Origin: Octopus vulgaris
Lineage: Eukaryota
Assembly (NCBI GenBank): GCA_951406725.2
Contig: OX597816.1
Span: 84,134,001-84,198,000 of the forward strand
Direction of reading: 5' to 3'
Length of the DNA: 64,000 nucleotides
Below the pieces are notes generated by a model. It saw nothing but the letters and a program-made list of their open reading frames with translations, was not told the DNA's origin and did not search any database. Shown piece by piece: positions 54,546-64,000 of the stretch (its first letter is position 1; each line of letters opens with the position of its first letter). Position numbers and translations under genes: made by a program.

Positions 54546-55288
54546 TATATACATATATGTATGTATACATTATGTAACTATTCATTTACATGTATGTGTA
54601 TGCTTATGTATGTGTGTATGTGTATGCGTGCGTGTGCATACATATTTTGACCCAGGATAAAACGCTAGAGCACAACAAACTTGTTTTCACCAAATCTGTT
54701 GGCACCAGGTAAACACAAGCACGAATACATACAAACATCCCCTCCACCGCCACACAGACACACACACACAAGCACACATAGACACACGCGTGCACACACA
54801 CACACACGAAGGTGGATATATTTAAACTATATCAGTCGGACAAGAGGTATCTTACACACATTGATATTTTTGTCGAATAACTCACCACTTTTCCCAATCA
54901 ACCGTCATTCTACAGATGCCTATCTTATTCTTTTCCTTCAGTTTTTCCTTCCCTCAGATATTTCCTTTCTCTCCCACTTCGCTCTACTCTGCCTTCCTCT
55001 CTCTCTCTATCATTGTTACTCTTTTACTGTTTTCTTAATTTCTCGTCTTAATTCTTCCCGTCGGTCTAATCTAATTTTAATTTAACTTCATCTAGCTTCT
55101 GTTGTTATTACTTTCCTATAATCATATTAGACGTATTCTCAGATGAGTTTCAAAAGTGTTGAAAATACAATTTCTGAGGTGTTTTTCCCCTTCCTCTCCT
55201 TCGTAGAGAAAACAAAACTCCCTCCCTTTCTCTCTCTCTATTTATCACTCATTCTATCACTTACTTTCTTTCTCACTCTCTCGATCAT

Positions 55289-55321
<33 letters not shown>

Positions 55322-55672
55322 ACGTCTGTCTGATATATGCATGCATATGTACATGCATATGCACATATATGCAAGTACGATAACGACTGAATCTCTAGTT
55401 ATCTCTCTCTTTCTGTTTTCCTCTCCACACACATACTGATACGAACATACACACAAACATTCCTATGTATATGTACACACACACACACATATATATGTAT
55501 GTGTCAAAATACATGTATATATATATATACATAAACTATATATAGATATTTATATATACATATATATATATATATGCATGTACACACACACACACATATA
55601 TATATATACATATATATACACACATACATATGAACATATGTATATGGATATAAATGTGTATATATATATACA

Positions 55673-55778
<106 letters not shown>

Positions 55779-56481
55779 TGCAAATGTGAATGCGAATATA
55801 CATACATAAATACATAGAAATATGCATATTAATTCAAATGTGTATGCGTCGTCGTTTTCATCCTTACACTTTCATTTTTTTGCATTTTATGTTAGGAAAA
55901 AGAAATTGCAAAGTAAGGTTAAGACAATTGTGAGAAATTACAGCCCTTCTCACACCCCAACGCACAAAAAAAAAAGACAAAAGCAAAAACAAAAAAATAT
56001 AAGAACAACAAATTAGAAAAAATTAGCAAAAAAGAAACGCATCTAAGTAAAATATATTGTAAATAAACGTTCTCAATACACTGAATTTAAGTTTAAACGG
56101 TAGTGACAATATTTCTCTTGTATTAATTTATTAATTATTTCAATCTATCTATTTATTTAATTAAGCAATATTCACACGGAATTATACTCGACAAAAAATG
56201 AGTCTAAAAAATAAACATTTATCAACGTATATGTGTATACTTACATGCATATATATGTGTGTGTGTGTGTGTGTATATATATATACGTGAATATATATGT
56301 GTCTATATATATGTGTGTGTATGTGTATGCTATATACATATATACGTACATATATATCATATGTATATATTTATATTCATATATACATGTGTGTGAATAT
56401 GTGTATGTATGCATGCATACACACACACACACTCGTTCACACACATATACATATACATGTGTATGTGTGTGTCCTTGTTTA

Positions 56482-56526
<45 letters not shown>

Positions 56527-56564
56527 CATATATATATTCATATACATACATATATACATATACA

Positions 56565-56627
<63 letters not shown>

Positions 56628-56791
56628 CATAAAGTACATTCTATTGTATATATTGTATATATCACTAAATATAATGTAGAAAAAACACTAGATTTAAAAT
56701 GGGAGGATTTTATGAAAGCCAGAAATGTAAATACGATATTGAAAAAATATGTAGTAGCGACTAGTAAAACCGATGATCAGTGTGTCATATC

Positions 56792-56882
<91 letters not shown>

Positions 56883-57095
56883 AATAAAATGAGGCAATAT
56901 AACTAAGGGTGTGTGGAATTTGATGTTTTGTTGTCTCGTTTTATGTAACATTTACATGCTCGCACATGACCCACATTAGACTCTTCACTCGTATTATTAG
57001 CGAACCGAGAGTCTAACTACGGTCCTCCCGTACGCTTACATAGCCTTACCTGCCATCTTGGGTCTCCTGCATACCAATACCTCTCATATATATAT

Positions 57096-57765
57096 AGTTC
57101 GTGGAGAGACACAGGCCAAGCTCTTGTTATAATGATGTATATAATAATAAAACATTTATAAAATTTACGTATGAGGCTTTATTTCCGCGCTGACCCCCTA
57201 GTAAAAATCATTAATGATTTTTAGCCTTTATTATTGTTATTATAATTAATATTTGAAAAACAAAACTTACTCCTTGATCAAAACTGTATTAACTGCAGAC
57301 TTGATTGTTAACACACTGCACGTGGCTATAAACGAAGGATATGAATTCTACTTCGCAGCATATCTCTGCGAATCTCGACGGATATAAGCTATGCGAAGAC
57401 GCAGCTCGCTTATATATTCGTGGTCACTTGTATATTTATGCCCTGGAATACCGACGCTGATGAAGGCAATAGGAATTGTTTTATTACTTTAAGCCCGAAA
57501 CACGATCATGTACGCGGTTAACCAAAGTTTTAATTAATTTTCTTTCTTCTGTTAGCCTATTATGTTGTGCGTTTTCCTCGGAGAATTTATGGTGGTTATA
57601 GTGTCTTTTGACGTCTATTTTTCAGTGCGTGGTGAGGCACAAGCCAAGCACTTGTTATAATTATGTAATTGATTATAAGATATTTATAAAATTTACCTAT
57701 GAACATTTTATTTCCGAGCTGACCATCTAGTAAAAATCATTAATGATTTTTAACGTTTATTATTA
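57096..57765 (+). mobile_element. Retrozyme/pLTR-like unit (528-nt period) with HHR
   Basis: About 140-bp direct repeats at 57096-57235 and 57624-57765; HHR at 57450-57518. Confidence 0.8.
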
Positions 57766-58104
57766 TACATAAAAAGATGTGTATTTAGCTCTGTGTTAAA
57801 TACTCGAGCATTATAAACTTTATGATAGATTTCTGGAACTCGAAGGTTCATGAATACGAAGATCAGCAAGTATTTAATCACAGATCAAATACCAATAACA
57901 CTCTGACATTGTTGTCAACCAATGTCTTTTGCGATTTGAATCTTCCTTGAATACTTACTGAAACTTTTTCATTATCAAAGTTTCGGTTACAAAAAGTTCA
58001 AAATATGCTCTCCGAAATAGTAATTTATATGTATATACAAGTTTGTTTATACATGCATTTATACACAAATTCATACACATTTATACATATATATTTGAAT
58101 ATAT

Positions 58105-58332
58105 AGTGGCTGTGTGGTAACTTGCTAACCAGCCATATGGTTCTGGGATCAGTCCCACAGTGTGGCACCTTAGGTAAGTGTCTTCTACTACAGCTTCGGG
58201 CCGACCAAAGCCTTGTGACTGGGTTTGGTAGATGGAAACTGAAAGAAGCCCGTCGTACACACACACACACACACACACACGCAAACACACACACACGCAC
58301 ACACGCGCGCTCGCGCACACACACACACACAT

Positions 58333-58374
<42 letters not shown>

Positions 58375-58590
58375 GTGTGTGTTTGTGTGTCTGTGTTTAT
58401 CCCTTCAACATCGCATGACAACCGGGGCTGGTATGTTTACGTTCCGCTAAGTTAACAGTTCGACAAAAGCGACCTATAGGATAAGCACTAGTATTACAAA
58501 AAAAAAGCAGGTCCTGGGGTTGGTTTGCTCGACTAAAGGCGGTGCTCCAGCATGGCCGCAGTCAAATGACTGTAGCAAATAAAGGAATAT
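58105..58590 (+). mobile_element. Family B SINE
   Basis: Head, internal (CA)n/(TA)n and tail all present. Confidence 0.88.
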
Positions 58591-58988
58591 AGCAAGCGAA
58601 TATTTGAGTTTCTATTGGTCAACACAGAACACATGGTTATTAACTTCGTACTCCACATCGCGGATCAGGCATGATGTTGTTTCTTGTCAGCTTCCAGTGG
58701 GCAGTGAGAAATATCTCAGCAGCGACAGTTTTAAAGACCAGGGACAAGCATATAGGACTGAGGACAATTTTGACAAAATATATACTTTTCTACTCTAGGT
58801 ACAAGGCCCCATATTTAGGGGAGGGGACCAGTCGATTAGATCGATCTCAATACGCAGCTGTTACTTTTTGACTAAATATATTATTATATATAATTACTAT
58901 TTGGATATTTTGTTACTTTAAATTTCACTAAAACAATAACCTTATAAAATTTATACATATATATACTTACACACAAACACACACCCAC

Positions 58989-59044
<56 letters not shown>

Positions 59045-59074
59045 TTTCTATCTATTTATCTATCTATCTATCTG

Positions 59075-59117
<43 letters not shown>

Positions 59118-60085
59118 ATGGCTACACACACAAACATACATGTATACATATATATATATACCTACATATATATGCATGTACATATGAAAATATACCCACA
59201 AGGATACATAATATCTCTGTGCAGATGTAAAATGTACCCATAATTAAATACTCGTACAGGCAATCACACATATATATTCAGAGAGGGGGGAATGAGACAG
59301 CGACAGAGAAAGTGAGATTTGAATAGATAGAGCCGTCTCGGGTGTAATGCTTTGCACTGGAGAGGTAAAGATCAATAAATACATAAGAAATAACGGAACA
59401 ACTTCGGTAGAGAAAACCTCAAGCACTGTTGCAGAGTAGAGTAGAATCCATGACTAGAGATACACATAAGTGACACAAACAAGACGGAAACATTTTACCA
59501 TTATATAAGAAGAGAAACGACTGAACATTGATCTGTACGTAATTGATATTTTCAATGCATGTTGAAGTACTTAGAGACTACCGACTTCGAAAATACTTTA
59601 TGAGAAAGTTCAAATATATATCTTTCATAAATTATTGATACACAAAATAAAAATATGTTTCTGAAATGTTAATATTTTAATAAGTTGCCTGGATGCATGA
59701 ATTGCATGACCGACGGAATCTATTTTATCTTAATCTACTGTATTCTCTTATTGAATGCTGGGGCATCGCATTGAAGTCCTTATTGGAACAAATAAATATC
59801 TATGTTTTTATGTTTGATATGTATTCTAGAAGTATCTTTTGCCGAACCGCTACACAGGTAGACAAACGGTGATGGACAAACAAAAACATGCATACAACCT
59901 CACTCTCCACAAGCCCATATATATAATTCTTTTCTTCTACTTTAGACACAAGTTCTGAAATTTTTTCAAGAAAAAGATTAGTCGATTATATCGACCCTAG
60001 CCGTCAACAGGTACGTATTTTATCGACCCCGGGAGGATGAAAGGGAAAGTAAAATTTGAACTCAGGTTGCAAAACCGGAATAAAT

Positions 60086-60895
60086 GTTGTTCTATATTTA
60101 AGAGATGAGGAATTATGTACGTTCTTTACATTATTTACATTTGACAGATATTTGTTCTCATCTTGTTTGGTGTAGTGGTTAAGAGCGCGGGCTGCTAACC
60201 CCAAGATTCCAAGTTCGATTCCAGGCAGTGACTTGAATAATAATAATAATAATGGTATAAAAGATCGGCTACAGCAAATATTCTGCTCAATTCCACACAT
60301 TTGCTTTTCAGTTGTTTGACTTTAACCAGTTGAATATGTCCCTTGGTGTCTGACAATATGTGCATCTCTGATCATGAGCAGAAGTAGTGGGGGAGCATCA
60401 TAGCCATGTGTTGAGAGGGATTATTGGGGGTTTCAATAATTCACCTCTGGAAACATAGGTGTTTCGTTCAACATCCTCTAACAACCCTTACTCAGGGACC
60501 TTTTGAGCGGATGGGTTACTCGACCAGAAGAAAATTCTAACTGGGTCCCACCTGCAAGGTCATGTGCTGTTTATCTTGATATGAGATCACCATGTCGCGC
60601 ACATATGGTTGTGATACATGTGCCTGGTGTACCCTTATCAGACGGGTAGTCATGATGAGTATGCTGGGCTTCGTATATTTTACCCCAGTATCACTTTGAT
60701 GGCATGCACTGTTCTCTCACTCAACAACAACAACAACAATAATAATAATAACATCGAAAAATACCTTAGGAATGAGAACCCATGTTCGAAATTTCTCCAA
60801 GATACCTGATGAAGGCTGGAGGTTATATCAGCCGAAACGTTGTGATAACAACAAGCAAGATGAGGACCAATATCCGTTAAATGTAAATAATGTTA
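60086..60895 (+). mobile_element. Family D HHR-SINE with inverted tail copy and a nested insert, inside a family A SINE
   Basis: Inverted tail 60089-60169, tRNA head 60170-60235, insert 60253-60722 in (AAT)n, HHR 60802-60845; flanking duplication aaaac(c)ggaataaat. Confidence 0.82.
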
Positions 60896-61917
60896 AAAAC
60901 GGAATAAATACTGCTAAGCATTTTATCCAACGTACAAACGTTTCTACAAGCTACCCACCTTTTGAGTAACAATGAGGGAAAATGCTTGCTTTACTAATCA
61001 TAAAAAAGCTTCAAACAACCAAGGTAACTGCATGAAAAATTTAGTTTCCTTTCTTTTCCGTGTATTTTCATCTTCATTGATTTCTTCATTTTAATATACC
61101 TTACAATGATTGTAGAAGCATTATATATTGGAATATGTCATCTCATAAAAGCACTTGATAGAGAAAATTTATAGCTGAAAAACAAACAAGCGAAAAAAAA
61201 AAGAAAACGTAAACTATAGTAACTTGAGTATGTTTTTTTCTATGGATGAAAGTGAGAATACACGCGTGTATGTATGTGTGTATGTATGTATGTATGTATT
61301 ATGTGTGTGTATATGTATGTATGTCTGTAAACATGTATGCATGTACGTATGTATGTATGCATGTACTTATGTATGTATGTTTGAATGCATGGATGAGTGA
61401 TGCATTTGTGTGCCTACAGCTGGGATATCCAGTATTAATAAATTTGCGCCTAAGTATGTTATATCGCTGGATATTAATAATTGTCTATCTATCTATCTAT
61501 CTTTCTATCTATCTATCTATCTCTGTATAATACACGCACACACACATGTATATACTTACCACATGTCTAACTGCAGCGGAGCAATTTAGCTAGCTTGCCA
61601 GCTATTTACGTAAAAGATTAAGCATTATTATCTATATGCGTGAATGTGTATCTCAGTCTTTGTGTTTTTATTCATGTGTAAAAAAAAAATGATTGACAGT
61701 CATTGTTATTGGGTATAAGGTTTGGCATGTATATTAAACGAAAAACAAGCTGAGACAACCTTTTTAATAACGTTACGAATGTGCGTATAAAACAGGAATT
61801 TTGTGTCTCAATGCATATTATTCTTACGCGAGTGTGTGGTTGTATATATATATATATATTATATATATATATACACACACACATACTCACACACTCATGC
61901 ACACTCACAAACGCACG

Positions 61918-61956
<39 letters not shown>

Positions 61957-61971
61957 TTATATATATGTACT

Positions 61972-62006
<35 letters not shown>

Positions 62007-62056
62007 TTATATATATATATATATATATATATACACAAATATACATATATACATAT

Positions 62057-62117
<61 letters not shown>

Positions 62118-62354
62118 TACATATACGTACACATATATACACGTACATATATACACGCATATATATATATATATTAGTTCAGCAAAATTTAGATTTAGAT
62201 GAATAAGGTACTTAAGTTAAAGGCACCAGAATTTGGTATGGTATTATCCATATAAATCAAATGGAGTGATTATAATCAAAGTAAGCAACAAGGATATACA
62301 AAGGTAGTGTAGTACAATCGTTTCATGCTACTTCATTTAATTAAACAATTTAAG

Positions 62355-62389
<35 letters not shown>

Positions 62390-62707
62390 ATCTTTAATAA
62401 GACAAAATCGAACACATACACACGTGTGTTGTTAGTTCGTGGGTCGGCTGCGTTTTAGGCGTAAGAAAGTATATATTCTCAATGCACTTGGTGTTAAAAA
62501 CACCTAAAAGAAAGTCATAGGCAAGTTAGGCATCTCACAGTAAGTCCCTTGCCTAGGTGATAAACATCGATATTTCGTCATGTTTGTGACTTTCCAATGG
62601 TCCGTATCTAACATGATCTGCTGCAAGCCATATCGCCGACTATGGCTATATGCTAACTGGTTTCTAATCCATCTACTGGTATGTCCGTCCCAACGGGCAA
62701 AAAATGA

Positions 62708-62772
62708 AATAGTGTTGACAATGACTTCAAAGTTTCGGTCTGTTTAGCCTTCAGCGGATTGTCAACATTATT
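62708..62772 (-). ncRNA. Type I HHR with a long stem I and a mutated core
   Basis: Minus strand: aataatgttgacaat CCGCUGA aggc-taaaca-gacc GAAA ctttgaa GUC attgtcaacactatt. Confidence 0.65.
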
Positions 62773-63236
62773 CTTGTTAAAGAACAATAAATATAAGCGA
62801 AATAGTTAGTTCTCAAATCTCTATAAAAGATAGAAGTAGAAACTCTGTTAAAAAGTAATGTTTGTTAACACTTCAACATGGCTGTTCCGTACTGAATGAT
62901 GTTACTACTCCTTTTTAACCGCAGCAGAATACTTTCTCCAGCTGGTTAACGATATAACCGGTGTCCGATATATTGTGAGCAGTGGAGCGAACCCTACTGT
63001 CTACTGGTTTGATAGGAACAGTATACCAATCAAGTTCAAGGGTATTTGCACTTCGTCAGTACTGGACATATGTCCGCTAGAGATAGCTCGCAATATATAG
63101 ACAACTTAGTGATCTTGCAACAAGCAAAGTAGCTACTTCTAGAATCTCTATAATAAATATGTATTCTACAAAAAGGATTAGGAAATCCTTCAGTTTAATT
63201 GAAATTGATTTTATCATAACTTGACGTAAAAACTGG

Positions 63237-63348
<112 letters not shown>

Positions 63349-63350
63349 CA

Positions 63351-63399
<49 letters not shown>

Positions 63400-63430
63400 G
63401 TCTGTCTGTCTCTGTCTCTCTCTCTTTCTG

Positions 63431-63501
<71 letters not shown>

Positions 63502-63592
63502 GAGTGAGAGAGAGATAAAGGGAGGTCGGGAGGAATTTTATTTATTCATTAAATGTAGGATGGAGTTGATTTTTCTAGTAATGAAATTGTCG

Positions 63593-63594
<2 letters not shown>

Positions 63595-63666
<72 letters not shown>

Positions 63667-64000
63667 ATTGTTATTATTACATGTTTGGGCTTTGCTTTGT
63701 ATTTGTACAAGTTGACTCTTATTCAGAGACCCCCAAGAGTCAACAAGCTAGAAGTTCAGGTTGATATTATGACCAAGGTGCCGTATTTCGGGTTTTGCAC
63801 AGTGTATTGTTCTAGAGAATGTCTTTCAAAACAGAAAATTGGAGGTTTGTTCAAATGATAGTGTGATCTCGAGATGACAGTAAAAGGCGTGTGTTATTAT
63901 GTACATTTAAAAGTACTTTTGACAATGTTATTATTATAGAGTGAAAGATCAACGCATGCAATCAAAGTGACACGAATAAAATATATGAAGCCCAATATAT
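63595..64000 (-). mobile_element. Possible 3' UTR of an (AAT)n-associated non-LTR element (Dong/R4-like)
   Basis: Unique sequence ending in a long (AAT)n on the minus strand. The clade is inferred from the target only. Confidence 0.3.

Overview
AT-rich, microsatellite-saturated metazoan non-coding DNA. The SINE repertoire looks like octopus (Octopus sp.); this is recognition, not a database result. I found no convincing host protein-coding exon, and most ORF-track entries are microsatellite artefacts. The window is a graveyard of transposons: a full-length but disrupted Tc1 (DD34E), a truncated mariner, a fold-back MITE, several non-autonomous Helitrons and a HINE, Penelope-like elements (RT and GIY-YIG), RTE, CR1-like, Tx1/L1 and R4/Dong-like LINE fragments, and dozens of tRNA-derived SINE copies. 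The main hidden signal is about a dozen type I hammerhead ribozyme (HHR) motifs, intact or decayed, in at least four contexts. (1) Penelope 3' pLTRs with a compensatory U3-A8 core. (2) Small non-coding units with terminal direct repeats (298-nt and 528-nt periods) that resemble circular-RNA retrozymes. (3) A tRNA-Ser-headed SINE carrying an HHR tail, with a Penelope-style inverted tail copy and a TSD. (4) HHRs with long stem-II insertions, including an inverted pair. All alignments and folds were done by eye; SINE and LINE boundaries are approximate.
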